Made by a program: the position numbers and the translations under genes. Shown here piece by piece: positions 25,966 to 40,400 of a stretch of DNA of 64,000 nucleotides. Within the stretch, counting starts at the first letter, position 1. Each line of letters opens with the position of its first letter. Location of the stretch: contig OZ024746.1 in assembly GCA_964016885.1 (NCBI GenBank), forward strand, positions 82,522,001-82,586,000, read 5' to 3'. Below the pieces are notes generated by a model. The model made no database searches and was not told the origin of the DNA. It saw only the letters and a program-made list of their open reading frames with translations. This stretch comes from Eledone cirrhosa. Its lineage: Eukaryota.

Positions 25966-27210
25966 ACATCATCTAATGTCATTTTTCCACACTTGCATGG
26001 GTTAGACAGGTTGTCATATTATGAGACAAGTCAGGTCCAAAGACCACATCTTATGCATATGGATCTGTATTTTGGCTTGATTCCTTACAGCTGGATGCCC
26101 TTCCTAACACCAACCATGTTACAGTGTGGACAGGGTGTTTTTTATCATGGTACTGAAACAGTCACCTTATAGGGTGAACTGGGCACATTTTGTCATGTCA
26201 CCAGCATGACTACCTTCTAATATGGACTGGGTGCTTTTGTTAATGTGGCATCAAATCAGCATACAGGGTGAACTTTGTGCTTTGTCGTGGGAGATCAGAT
26301 GTTGTGCATGTCCAGCTTTCATGTATCAGCTGCTGTACAGCATGACGCCAGAGGTCTCGATCATGTGTCATCTCTTTTGTGAGGTTTAATTGGGGAAGGT
26401 TAGCTTTTATCACTTCAACCCAAGTTTTCCTAGGTTTTCCTCTTCCAGAGATACTATTATTGACATTACCATCCTCCATATGCATGATATCTCCAAACCA
26501 CTGCATTCTCCTCTCCTGTACTCTACATCTGACATCTCTTATGCCTAGTTTTCTCTCTCAGTTCACTGATGCTTTGTTGTTCATGGACACTACTATTACA
26601 CATCCATTGGAGCATGTAAGCTTTATTCATTTCCAATATTCATAGGGCCTCTGCACATATTACCCAGGTCTCACTTCCATGCAGCATTGCTGTTTGTACA
26701 CAAGCGTCATATAATCTACCTTTCCTTTTGAAGAAAAAACCTTTTGTAGCTAGCAGTGGGAGTAGCTCCATGAACTTTTTCCATCCCATTCACACTCTGG
26801 CTCTTATACTTTCAGAACACCCATCTCCACTTCTAATTTGGGCCCCTTGGTATCAGAAGTGATTGACTACTTCTATGGAGTCTTCTGGGCATTTAACGGG
26901 TAAGTAATGTCAGTGTGCATGAATGATACAGCACAAAGTGAGCTGAGAGAAAAATTTGGTAGAAGAGGAATTGGATGTTGTGTGTGTGAGCATGTGATGC
27001 ATATGGAAGATGACAGCTGTATAATGAAGTGCAGAGAAATCTTTGTTGATGGGACTCAGGGAAGTGATAGACACAGGTAGACATGAAATGGGGTAGTGAG
27101 GACTGATCTTAGGAAGCTGAACCCCATACATAGAAGAGATGACAAAGGACTGTGAGGATTGATAAAATATGGTACTAGAGAAACCTCACCCGTCAGCATT
27201 AAAGATGTAA
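25965..27210. mobile_element. Older RTE LINE fragments in both orientations
   Basis: 26330-26890(-) WFG-IMHMED, GKPRKTW; 26905-27200(+) similar 3' region. Confidence 0.7.
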
Positions 27211-27409
27211 CCCAACCTATTCATGTCCTCGTTCCTCTTCACTCTTTAGTAGCTATTCTCACCATTAAAGCACTCCACCCTACTCTATCCAGAATCATCT
27301 CAACTCCTCTAAAATCCAAACATACCAGTCATAACCCTTTAGTAGCTATTTTTATTATAGTACCTCCAACGTTGTCAGAGGTCACTACTTCCCTTTCTAC
27401 TCATCATAG

Positions 27410-29590
27410 TATCATCATCATCATCATCGTTTAACGTCTATCTTCCACGCTAGCATGGGTTTAGACGGGAATTGTCCCACTTGAGGCAAGATTGGTTGTC
27501 TCGCTCGTATAGGACTGTCTGGCAGGTTTTTTTCCGGCTGGATGCCCTTCTTAACACCAACTACGTTTACAGTGTGGACTGGGAGATTTTTACCGTGTTA
27601 CCTACACGGCCACATTACAGCATGGACTGTGTGTTTTTTTGTCGTGACACCTACACAACCTCATTTGATTAGGACTGGATGTTGTGGTACCAACATAACT
27701 TGACAGAGAAAGGGTTGGTGGTGATGGTCGTGGGGGTGGGGGAGGTGGGGGTAATGGGAGGGGGGGGGTGTATTTGATTAAGAGGTGCCTACTGACTAGT
27801 TTTCGCTTTGTACTTAGGCAAGGCGGGTTTTCTGTATTACTGCGTAGCGCCAAAGATCTCGGTCCAGTGACATTGTCTTGGAGAGGTGTAAGTGTGTAAG
27901 GTCGGAATTTATCAAATCATCCCAGGTTTTTCTGGGTCTGCCTACTCCGTAATTTCCGTCAATTTTGATCGCCCTGCACTTTTTTATACAGCTGTCGTCT
28001 TTCATGCGCATCACGTGACCATACCAATGTAGTCTTCTCTCGAGTAAACAACATCTGATCCCTCTTATACCTAATTTCTCACTTAATTCATTTATGCTTT
28101 GCTGTTCATGTATATTACTATTACACATCCAACGGAGTATGCATGCTTCGTTCCTCTCCAGTCTGCGCAGATCCTCTGCACACAATGCCCATGTCTCACT
28201 GCCATGTAACATTGCTGTTCGTATGCAGGCATCATACAGTCTGCTTTCATTTTTAGAGAGAAACCTTTAATGGCCAATAGTGGTATAAGCTCTCTGAACT
28301 TTTTCCACCTCGTTTTGATCTGGCTACTGTACTTTCTGAGCACCCTCCACCACTGCTGATTTTGTCACCCAGGTAACAGAGGTGTCCACTATTTCTATAG
28401 AGCCAGCTGGGCAATAGAAGGAGCTAGTATCCTGTGGGCGCTTGCTACTTATTGCACCTGAGCACCAGCCACATATAAAATCTATGTTCTTAGATAGCTT
28501 ACCTGTGATCCCACTACATCTTTTATGCACCCATACTTTGCATTTGGGATATAAAATGGAATTTCTGCCTACTCTTTCCTACTAACTGAGCATGCCATTT
28601 CTCAGAGGGGACCTGTGCCCTATTTTCTTTCCTACATACTAGAACTTGTCTTAGACAAGTTAACTTTAAGGCCTTTTGATTCTAGGCCATGCTTCATGTT
28701 TGGAATTTCTTCTCTAGTTCAGCCATTGATTCAGCTATGAGCGTTAGATCATCTGCATATAGAAGTCTTGAACTCCTCTGTTATAGCCTGAAGGGCAATA
28801 ATAAATAGGAGGGGGCTAAGGACAGAGCCGTGATGAACACCAACTTTTACGTTAAATTCTTCACTATATTTGTTGTTAATTCTAACCTTGCTGACTGTTT
28901 CTTTATACATGGCTTGTATAGCTCTCACAAGCCATACATCAACCCCTAGTTTTCTAAGGGCCCACCAGATAATGGCGTGGGGGACTCTGTCGAATGCTTT
29001 CTCCAAGTCAACAAAAGTTAAGTATAGGGGTTTATTTTTAGCTAGGTACTTCTCCTGTAGTTGTCGTACAAGGAAAAGGGCGTCTGTGATACTTTTACTT
29101 GACACAAACCCAAACTGCATTTCGTCTAGATCAATTTGCTCTCTGATTAGTTGCGCTATAGCTTTTTCTGTGACCTTCATGACCTGGTCAATTAATTTAA
29201 TGCCTCTATAGTTTCCTCTATCTAGTGCATCTCCTTTACCCTTGTAGTAGTTAATGATGATGCTGCTACGCCAGTCATTTGGTATAACCCCTTTCTGTAT
29301 GATTTGGTTTACTATCCGGGTGACCATAGTGTGTCCCACCGTTCCAGATGCTTTCAGCATTTCAGCAACTATCTCTGAAGGCCCAATTGCCTTGCTTCAT
29401 ATCTTTGATTGCCTTACTTATTATAATACCTTCAATTTGCACTGCTGGTCCCTCTATTGGATCGATGCGGGGCAGACTATCTTTGTCCCATTTATTCTCC
29501 TCATTTAGTAGCCTCTCATAGTGACACTTCCAAGCTACCTTCTTATCAGCGTCAGTGATGGCAAGTACACCATCACCATTACGGACACAC
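27410..29590 (-). mobile_element. RTE-clade LINE family A, 5'-truncated, frameshifted reverse transcriptase
   Basis: ORF 28749..29360 NYRGIKL...QFGF...FVDLEKAFDRVP...GVHHGSVLSPLLF, YADD-type motif near 28750, ORF 27814..28212 LHGSETW...WYGHVMRM...GRPRKTW; (CAT)n tail. Confidence 0.95.
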
Positions 29591-30720
29591 TTCCATATAA
29601 CATAATACTTATCATTCTTCTTACATTACTTCCCAGCTGTAGAGTAGAATGACAACCACTATGTATTGACAACCACTCTAGTGCGGGTGCCATGAACAAT
29701 GCAGCTGGTATGACCTGTAAGGGGGTTGGTGATAAGAAGGGCATCCCACTGTCGAAACCATACAAAAAAAAAGTTACAGAGGACTATTCAGCTGTATAAA
29801 GGGTATAACCTATCTAGAGTTGGTGATTAACAAAATAAACATATCCTGTACAGTCTGTGAAGAGGTAGGTGATATGATAGGAAGGATATCCAGTTGTAGA
29901 AAACCTGCCAAACATATGGTCAGGAAGACTCTTCAGCTATGTCAAAGACATGACAATTTCCCTAGTACTGAGGCCATAATAAAATTTACTTGGTAGAGTG
30001 TAAGAGTGTATGTAAGTGAGATGCAGAGCCCCAGCCCATCTCAGATATTCAGTAGCTCTGCTTGAGTACTGACTCAGATTGTGACATGTCTAACCCATTA
30101 AATTATGATGATAATGACACATATTTATGTATACACACACACACATACACATCATCATCACCGTTTTACGTCCATTCTTTCACGCTAGCATTGGTTAGAC
30201 GAGTTGTCCTATTGTGGGCAATGCTAGTTCAGGTGATCTTGTCTTGCTCATACAGAACTGACTTTGGCTTGGTTTCTACAGCTAGATACCCTTCCTAATG
30301 TAAACCTCATTTACAGTGAGTATTGGGTGCTTTTTGTCATGATGCCTACACAACCACTTTACAGTGTGGGCTGGACGCTTTTTGCCATGTCACCATCATG
30401 ACCATTTTACAGTGTGGGCTCTTGGCTTAACTGGATGCATACTTTTGCCTGTCCGCATGGGAGATGTATGGGAGGATACGGTGGGCATATATATGCTTCA
30501 GCTTCGGCCTGTGCCTGTGGGAAGTTGGGTCTTCTGTATTACTGCATAATGCCAGAGATCTCGGTCCTGTCATCATCTTTGAGGGGTGCAATTGAACAAG
30601 GTCAGCTTTTATCACCTCTTCCTAAGTCTTCCTGGGCCTCCCCACTCCAAGGCTTCCATTGACTTTGAGAGCACTCTGCACCTTTTTATAATATATATAT
30701 ATACATATATTTTATATGTA

Positions 30721-30785
<65 letters not shown>

Positions 30786-30940
30786 TCATCACCGTTTTAC
30801 GTCCGTTCTTCCACGCTAGCATGGGTTAGACGGGTTGTCCTGTTGTGTGCAGTGTCTGGTCGGCTGACCATGCCTTGCTCATACAGGAACTGATATATAT
30901 ATATATATATATATACACATACATACAGACACACACACAC

Positions 30941-30993
<53 letters not shown>

Positions 30994-31489
30994 AAGAAAG
31001 AGAGAGATTGTTTTACAATATTTTACATTGTGTATGTTTATTTGTAAAAAAAACTTTCTTCCTGAGAAGTCATTATGTTAATTGAAACATTCTGTTTTGA
31101 GGGCTGGGACTCACTTTAACATTTTGTTCAGAGACTAGCAGGTGATACTCTGAGCAGGCACTGCCATACACCATAAGTCCTCTAAAAAACGTTATTGACT
31201 GAATGGAACTGCAAATTGCATTGTGCAGTATATGGGTTAAATATAGTTGGTTGTATGATAATATGAGCTATGACATAACATTTTTCCATTGCATAGACAA
31301 AAAAAATTAATTATATTTACTGAAAAGAAATGAAGTTGTAGTATTACATAAAAGTGAATTTTAAGTAGTTAAATATAAAATATTAGAAAATCATTTAGAA
31401 TAAGACTTCTCTTCCATATACATATTCAAGTTGTATCTTAGGTTGGTTTTTGCCTTTATGAGATTCCATAGTTTTTGTAATTTTCCCGT

Positions 31490-32084
31490 TCTTTTCTTTA
31501 CACCATGCGCAGAATCTGGCTTGTCACGTGGTTCAGAGTAACCAATCGTAACACGCTAAACGATGTGGTCACCGCCAAGCGCGTTTTGCAGCGAGACTTG
31601 AAAAGTTTGTAGCGTAACAGGAAGATGGACATGGCTTTATGATGGCGTGCTCTGGCGGTCTGCACGGCTCTCTTTGTACCACGAAAAAACCGCTGGTAAT
31701 GAACAATTGGGTACATAGAGCCGCCGCACGACGATCCGCCCTTGCGAAATTGTGGTAACCCCTCCCAATCACAAGAAGAGAACGGGGGAAAAAGTGACGG
31801 CACCGTGTAAGACTTTAGAAAAATCGCCGTCGTCGCCATTTTGTGTATATCATTTAAAAATAACTCATTCCTAATCATCTTGCTTTTTGTTACCTATTCC
31901 AATAATATAATATAACAGTATCAGTGGCTATAGCAGCTGCTGCCATTGAATCTTTCAGTCGTGTGCATCTCAATAGCAGTCGCAACCCTGTCCGGTCCTT
32001 ACATATTCTCAGTCGGGCTCTCTTACCAGAGTGTCGCCCGAAGAAAAAAATATTTTGTTCCCGATTAATCCTTTCACGCGGATA
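31490..32084 (+). promoter_or_regulatory. CpG-rich promoter / 5' UTR of the DP gene
   Basis: Sharp rise in GC and CpG in unique sequence before exon 1. GTCACGTGG E-box 31523-31531; CCAAT 31542 and 31765; E2F-like CTTGGCGG (minus) 31572-31579; CHR-like CTTGAA 31597-31602; YY1-type CGCCATTTTG 31834-31843. TSS not determinable. Confidence 0.7.
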
Positions 32085-32130
32085 ATGGCTAATTCCAATC
32101 CAACTTTGTCAAGCTTATGGAGGGACGATG
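32085..32130 (+). CDS. TFDP1: DP coding exon 1 ([16 protein letters not shown])
   Basis: ataATGGct start at the end of the CpG-rich island; donor G|gtgaat; phase 1 joins the next exon in an open frame. Confidence 0.65.
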
Positions 32131-33634
32131 GTGAATATTTATTTACATGTATTATAAACAATCTAGGTTGTGTTATAAGCGATAGCTTTAGAATCAGTAA
32201 CATCTGTCTCGAGGAATCATCCAGTATGAATTTCAGATTATCATAACACGAATAGAAAATATCTTTTTATCTTAAGTGCTTGCACTTATGAATTATATAT
32301 ATATTTTAGAGAAAGTTACGAGAGATTCTTCTCAAATATTTCTTTTTCAGTATACAAAGACACTAATGGTCTGATCCACTTTTTATTGCTGATCGAACAC
32401 AAGATCGTTCTTAAATGCTTTGCACTAACTTAAATATAATTATCTAGTATATATCCTAGTTTAAATTCTTAAAGTGCATGATAATTGATTTAATTACTTT
32501 AACTTTTTCGCTTTTCATATTTTAATCTGTATATACTTTCACTAAGTGCATAGATTACACACACGTATATATATAAGCTGATACTCTAAGGCTTTTATAA
32601 ATATTTATGATCTAAGAATATACATTTATCCATTTCATATAGGTTTGTCTTTTCATTTATTTAACTATTAAAAATAAACTAAAAGTATATTTGTATTGTT
32701 CTTTTTTTGTTTTTTTTTGTTATTTTTTCTTACATTTTAGGTCAAGCAAGTCCTCATAAGATTCCTACGACTTCCAAGGGACAGAAAAATGGCCCTGAAT
32801 TTGAGATTTTACGCCATTATAAAGAGAACGGCTTGGATTCAATTGCAAAAGAGGTATGGCTGGTTTAAGTGGAAATTATTCATTCATATGCTGAAGCCAC
32901 CATACCTCAGTATTTTCTTCTGTAATATTTAATGTTTACTTTCTTTGTTCACATTTTAAGACCGGATGTGTTCTCCCTAATGTTGTCGACAGCGGCCTTC
33001 CTACTTCCCTTCCTCGCCCGCCACTTAGATAATAATAAAAAAAATATTTACTACTATTTTTATGATCACCAATTTTCACCCACCTCTTCATTCATTAACA
33101 GTTCTTACTGTTATGCTATATACCTCGAAGAACCACTCACTATCTTAGGTTACCAGTAAAAAAAAAACTTTATTCCCATTTGACATATGCACATCTTATA
33201 CACACATATGTCGAATACACCAAATATGTGTGTGTCATCATATATGTATATATATATGCACACAAAACTATACACATGTTAAATACATACACAGAAATAT
33301 GTATGCGTGTGTATATATAAATCAAATTTTATTCGAAGGGATCTTCTCTTTTGCTTGTCGATCTGAATAATAAAACAATCCTTATTCTTTTTTCTTTCAT
33401 ATAGAGCAGCTATAAATCTGGAACATTTCTTGTTGGCTCCCACCTAAATCTAGTCAACGTTTTGCATAGGTGTATATCTTATTCATGGGTTGATTCTTTT
33501 TTTCTTCTTGGAAATGTTTATTTTAAGCCTAAGCAAGCTTGGTCGGGATAAATTGCATGTGCAATTAATACAGAGAACAACCCTAAAGGAATTTTTCAGG
33601 AGCTAATCCGCTTTGTAGTTCGTACGGATTCGCT

Positions 33635-33671
<37 letters not shown>

Positions 33672-34435
33672 ATATTGTCCATCTGTATGTAAAACGATCC
33701 TTATATTTTTTTTAATTTATCCAAATGGTGTCGAAGTTAGAAGCTGATACCTACTTGCTATCGTTTTTCGTGATATGAGATTTTTTTTGGTGACAGTAAG
33801 TGGATTGTGAAGCAAATCTTTTATGAAAAAGAAAAGATTTACCATAGATGTTAGTTTGACATCATTAACTGGTACCAACCATTTTTATCATGCTACACTT
33901 TATTTCAGATATTCCAATGCTATATATAAAGAAAACCGTCTATTTATTACATGCCAACGCAAACTTGTTGCGTTTAGTATTCACTTCTTGTTCTCATGAT
34001 TTTTAGATGAGAAATAAACTCACTAGTATATTTAATAAAATTTTGTCCCGCTAGTTTTTAAACTGTTTATATTTTTGTTTGACACACAACACACTGATTA
34101 TTTAATTTTCAATAGGCTATCCTGCTTTATTTTATGAATTCGTGTGCATCTACACTCATCTACTGCAGTTGTATTTTAATCTATGCGTCAGTGAATTGAA
34201 GTAAATCTGGTTGATATAATTGATCAAATATCACCGAAAGAGCTTGGTTTGTTGTCTCTGTTGATCTAAAAACCAGATCTATCAAATATTGTATCAAGCA
34301 CGTGTTAGAAAAACAAGCAAGCAACAAGTGACACAAAGTCATTGTATCACAGCCTGCAGCGAAGATATAAGGTCAAATCTCAACCAAGATCAGATCATTT
34401 CAATATAGATTGGTTTAAAATTTATTTCAAGCAAG

Positions 34436-34472
<37 letters not shown>

Positions 34473-37400
34473 GTGTGTGTGTAGTCTCCTGACTTGACTT
34501 GTCGCATAACGTGACAAGCCGGCTAAACTATGCAAGCGTGGAAAAAATAGACGTTAAATGATGTTGATAAACACATAGTGGTAATGCCTCAATAAAATGC
34601 ATTCTGTAAAGCAGTTGGCAATAGGAAGAGCATCCAGCTGCAGAAACCATGCCAAAGTGGAGCGTATGAGCATGGCAGTGTGTCAGAACTTCGAACTCAT
34701 GCCAGCATGAAAAACGGACGTAAAACTGATAACATACACATGTATGTACACACACACACACACACACACACAAAATGGGATATCTGAATGGCTTCATTAG
34801 ACCTAAATGCTGCATCAGTTCCTACAAATGTAATCATTTGAGGGCAAATCAAATTGTAATTTTGTTCCAGAAGATCCTTTAAAATATTTTTGGTATTACT
34901 TCTGAAGTTGTATATTCCTCTTTTCATACCCTACTAATTTGTGGTTGTCGTATCCCTTTTCCTATGAAATTCACTCTACTCCAATAATGAGGAATTTACT
35001 AAAGTTATTTCATTACTAAGATAGTAGCTTATATGGATCAAAATGGGTGGTTTTGCTTGTATTGCTATCTATATTTTCTTAGCAGATTCATTTCAAGTCA
35101 TTAGTATGCATCTTATGTTCTTTTCTTTTTTGTTTATCTACTACTTGAAAACAGAATTTCATATTTCTTTTATATTTTTTAATTATTTCCATTTTTTTTT
35201 AAAATCAAGTTTTCTAATTTCTTTCATTATCTGTAGGTTGGAGTACTTGATGCTCAGGGTGACTTGGCTAATTATAAAGATGGAAATGTTCCTAAAGCTC
35301 GTAAGTTTGTTTTTAACATTACCTGTATCATTTCCACTAGTTAATTGTTAAGGCATGAGTTGAAATCATTGAGTTGATTGACCTATAAAGAAATTACTCA
35401 ACTAGCACATATTGCAAAAGTATATCTAAGCAGGTGGAGGGAGAGTTTGCTATTTATGTAAAGCCAGCATCATTCATATATTGTTTCATGTAATACTTGA
35501 AATAGCAATCATTTTCTTTATTATCTTGATACAATTATTATCACTGATTGCATGTTCAGCTAAAGAGAGTTATATACAATGGAATGCAATTCAATAAAAT
35601 GAAATATAACATTTTTGAAAAATGATAAGTATAAGACTATCTCCATGTTAATTTTTCACACTATGCAATGTTCTCATACTGAGTGACAAAAGATAAATGT
35701 TGAAAAACAATACCTATTGTTTCTTATTTAAATATAAAATTTAGAAAACTTTTAACTTCATATTTAGTGTATTTTATTTTCCTTTGGAAATTTGATTTTA
35801 TTCATCAAACAATTCTATAGATTGTTACTTTAACTTTTTGTTTTGGGTTGTTAATGTTTGCTACAAAATTCATTGTGTGTGTGCACCTCCATGATTTAGG
35901 CCTGGCATTACAGTAAATCATATATTAACGTTCCTGCACACGAATTTTATGGACACCACTGATTCCAGCTGGGTGTCTTTCAATATATAATTTCATTTAA
36001 TTTATCTCAATATATAATTTCATTTAATTTCTGGTAGTTATATATATAAAAAAATGAAGTGGATTCTTTTGATCCATTACAGTAGATACTATTATAGCCA
36101 TACTCTCACATGTTAAGATAAACTAATTAATTCCATTTCACTGTAATATATACTAAGTAGAAAGTCTATAAAGTTGTGCTTTAGCTTATTGTTTATATCA
36201 AATACTTTATATTGATTAAACAAGTTGCCATTGAATGATTATCGACTTATCTTTTCAGTAACCTCATTACTTATATTGCTGGGATGAATAATTTCATATC
36301 AATATTTATCACTCAATTGCCAGTATTAGTAATCTCTTATTGAGCTTATGTCACTGTGGTTCTTTTAATATTTTGTTTTTACATCTTAAATGTATAAAAT
36401 AATGAAATTTGTAATCATGTTGTTACTAATGTTGACTCATCTGTTGGATAAGGAACATTTAGTTGTGTGATCAACTGGAGGTCTTACTCATTAAATCAAG
36501 GTATAAGTGGCTGTGTATTCCACAGGCTTATGTATTCTTGACGTAATTTTCAAACTATATCAGTGACAATATATGATAAGGATGGACCTTTGAATTGTAT
36601 ATACTATTCATTCAGTGGTCTTGAACACAGTTTCCATCTACCCAATTTCAGGCAAGGCTTAGATTGACTTGGGCCTATAGTAATAAGCACTTCCCCAAGA
36701 TAGTGTTTATCAAATGTGTTCTTGAGTACAGTTATCAATCTTCGGCAAACAGAAAATAAGTGTCAAATAAAAAATGAAGAGATGTTTTATAATTTACTAG
36801 CAGAAAAACCACCCGAAGGGTGGTTTCTGCTAGCATGTGTAGTGTGTATATTGATATTATATGCAAGTATACATACATGTAGATATCAAATAAAATCGTA
36901 ATTGACAGTATAAACAGAAATTGAATGAAGACTACGTTACACTGTCTTATGTAATCAGTAACGTAATCCATGATACATAAAAAAAAAAACGATATTATAT
37001 ATAAACTGCATTAGGAGAAAGTTAGTATGTTTATTTAAGTGATCGCCACCGGAAGTGTTGACATCACACACACTCTCTCTCTCTTTCTCTCTCTCTCTAT
37101 ATATATATATGGTAGTTGAAGTGGTGGTGGTGGCAACGATATACTGGAAGTGCAACTTTGAAAAGAAGTCAATTTTAAATTATTTATTTTTACGAAATTT
37201 AGTAGATAAATTATGTAATATTCATTCATTATTTATTCAAAGTAATCCAACTTATTTTACTAATGGGATAAAAAAAAAAAAAAACTGTAAGCAGTCCCGC
37301 AGACCTTTATTATAGTTTAGATTTAGATTAGTACATTTTGAGGAGTATGTTTTCTATTGAAAAGCATAAATTTTCATTTTTTCCCCCCTTTATTCTTCAG

Positions 37401-40400
37401 AGGTCCTAGTTTTCTCTTAAACCATTCCAATGATTTCATGTTTATCAATTGCATTATAATAGAATATTTCTGTTTAGTGTTTGAAACATACATGACTCTA
37501 TTTCTCACCCACCTGCTCTTAGCTAGTTATAGTTTATTCTATGAACCCAGTTTTCTTTGTTAAAAAGCCTGATTCAGTTCCAAAATTAGGCCCTTCATTC
37601 CTTGATATTTATAGCATCCATTTGTAAATAAAAGGAAGGAACAAATAAAAGATAGTTTTATTTAGTTACTGTTTTCTTAGGATACCATCTAGGAGATCAA
37701 TAACTGGAAATAAATTATATACATGTTGCAAAAATTCTGCTGCAGACAACCTCTCTAGTACCTGCAAATGCATCCAGTCCATGTTTGAAAGTGGTTGGTT
37801 ACAGGATGGATAACTGGCCATATATAAAAACCATGCTCATAAAAAAATATAACTACAGATGTGTCAGATGATGAAAGATGTCAACTGGTGGTATGATGCT
37901 CTGACATTAGTTGATCAAACTAATTACCAGCATGGAAAAATGGATGTTAAATTGTTAGATGATGTAATAAACATGCAAAATATTTAAAGGTATTCTCGAA
38001 ACACCAAAACAACGAAGAGGATAAAAAATGTCAGTATTGAGCATTTTTTTGTAATGGCATTTCACTGCTTGTGGTGTTGTCAAGGCATTGAATACTGACA
38101 TTTTTTATCATTAATTTGGACTGACAAATCCTGCTGTCAAAAACCATATATTTGTCTTGCTCTCTGTTTATTTCAATCAAGAGACCAAGGGCACTTCTAG
38201 GGAGGTTGGAGTGTCCACTGACCTCTGAGGATGATGTCACTCTCATATTGCTCAAACCAACTATTGATCTACAGAGGGGCCTTAACTTCCTAGAAATAGT
38301 ATGACCAAAAATCACCTCAGCAACTCAAGAAATAAGCCAAATGAAAAGAAATGAAAGTTGTTTGAAAGGATTTCTTACAACAGTTGGACTTGGAAGGCAT
38401 GCTAATGGGCTATGCTCCACTAGGGGCTAAAAGTCTGGGAAGAATATGAATTTAATGAGTTAACATCTATTATAGAACCACTAGACAAGTGTTTAAAAAT
38501 ATTAAGCCACGAGAGAAATGTATCTATGTAGCATACCACATCCAAATTCCTCTCACTCCTGTTGGAGGAACCACTCCCTGGTTGACCTCCACTGCTTTTT
38601 ATCTCTTGCCATGTGGGCCGAGGTATTGTGTTAGATGTAGCATGCAGTAAAGGGTAAAGAACAATTGATAAGCAAAAGATGAACTGTGATCATTGAGGAG
38701 TCTATTACTCAAATACACCGACACTTTAGTAGGAACTATGAACTGAAGACATGAGCTTGCTGGTAGCATGTAAATTCTATCAAGATATTAGTAATGGGAA
38801 TAGTAGTGAATTATAGAGGATGGAAGAAAATTTGAATATTGAATGCAAAATGCTTTTCATTGCACTAAATAATGCATTTTTAAGTCTTGTGGATATGAAA
38901 CTGACATGAATGGAGGTATAATTCCATAAATGTGCAAAGCCAACATAGAACTGCTGTGTCATAGAAAACTGTTGATGTGGACATGTGAGAGGGAATTGTA
39001 ATGAATAAATGATACAAGATGCATTTTATGAATTGGTAGAGGAATGCACTCTCAGATTCAGGTCGAAGATCTGTGAATAAGCAGTCAGCACAAACCTGAG
39101 AGCATTGGACTGCAAAGATAAGAAATGTGGAAGTATGCTGTATTACATAGCAATCTTATCTTATCCAGCATGGTAAGATATGTAAATGATCATATTCTTT
39201 GATTAGTAGTAAATGATATTTCAAACTGGATAAAAAATATGGTATTATTTATGCTACTCTGATTATTTAAAGGTGAATAGATGACTTAAAATGTGCTGAT
39301 CAGTTTTTCTAGGTAAATAGGTAAACTACAGCATTAAAAGGGATAAAATTTAGAAATACTTTCTGGTTCTTTACAAAATTTAGGATCATATCATGTAAAT
39401 GGCTTCAACCTTCTTTGTGTATAGACAAAGGTTGGTACTTCTGTGGCATAAACCTAGACTAGATATTGTAGAAATCCCCTTTTAGAATATTTTGTTGAGG
39501 TTATCTATTTATATCGTTTTTTGATCATTGGTTACTTTAGAATGTACTGAATTAATTTTATTACAGTACCAACACTAGGGTGATTATCTTGTCTCTACAT
39601 GACAAAAATGTCCTCTCTTTTTTTCTTTCAAGGCAGAGGTGCTCAAGAGTGTAATTTGAAGGTTTAAATGAAGTGAGAATATGAATGTAAGTGTGGAGGG
39701 AAGAAAGTGGTAACATAGGGGAAGAAGAGAATAATAGTAGCTACACATTTATATTTGGTAGGTTAACCCTTTAGCATTTAAACCGGTCGTATCCCGCCAG
39801 AATTCTCTCACCTTTCTGTTCAACTCGGCTGTAACCAGCCACTCATACTGATGTTAAGGTATTCTCAAAGTTAATATCAACATCTCATAGATTTGATATT
39901 ATATGAGATAATTATGAGGTAATACCTTTACCATGAAAATATAGTATATATAGAGTAATGTAAATGCTAAAGGGTTAAGTAATAGGATTGCATCATGGAA
40001 AGAGAGGTGTTGAATAGCAGCCGAGTAGTAATTGTGAGACTAGTGGATGACAGCTACAAGTCTCATTGGGAAGAGAGTTTGTAGGAGGCTAACGGTGATA
40101 GGAGAGCAATAGCAGCTACATGTTAGGTGTTTGTAGGAGCTTGAGCAGTACGAGTGTCTCATGGTGAGATTTAGGGATGACATTGAAGAGTGGGTTATGT
40201 TATTGTATATGGACACAAGTAATTGGTAAATTGTCGATAAGAATCTCAATGGGATGGAAAAAATGCTAGTTAACAGTAGAGCGTGATGGTACTCAATATG
40301 GAAAAATATTGTATACCTCCCTTGTCTAATGAGAGAGAGGTAGTGATAATGGGTGTGGTGAGAAAATAAATATGAAGTAAAATTGTAAGAACTTGGAAAT

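Noticed and set aside
31498-31878. 126-aa minus-strand ORF containing aaaATGGCG, as a divergent gene
   Set aside because: No recognisable domain or downstream exons; the ATGGCG is the reverse strand of a YY1-type motif, and GC-rich promoters yield chance ORFs.
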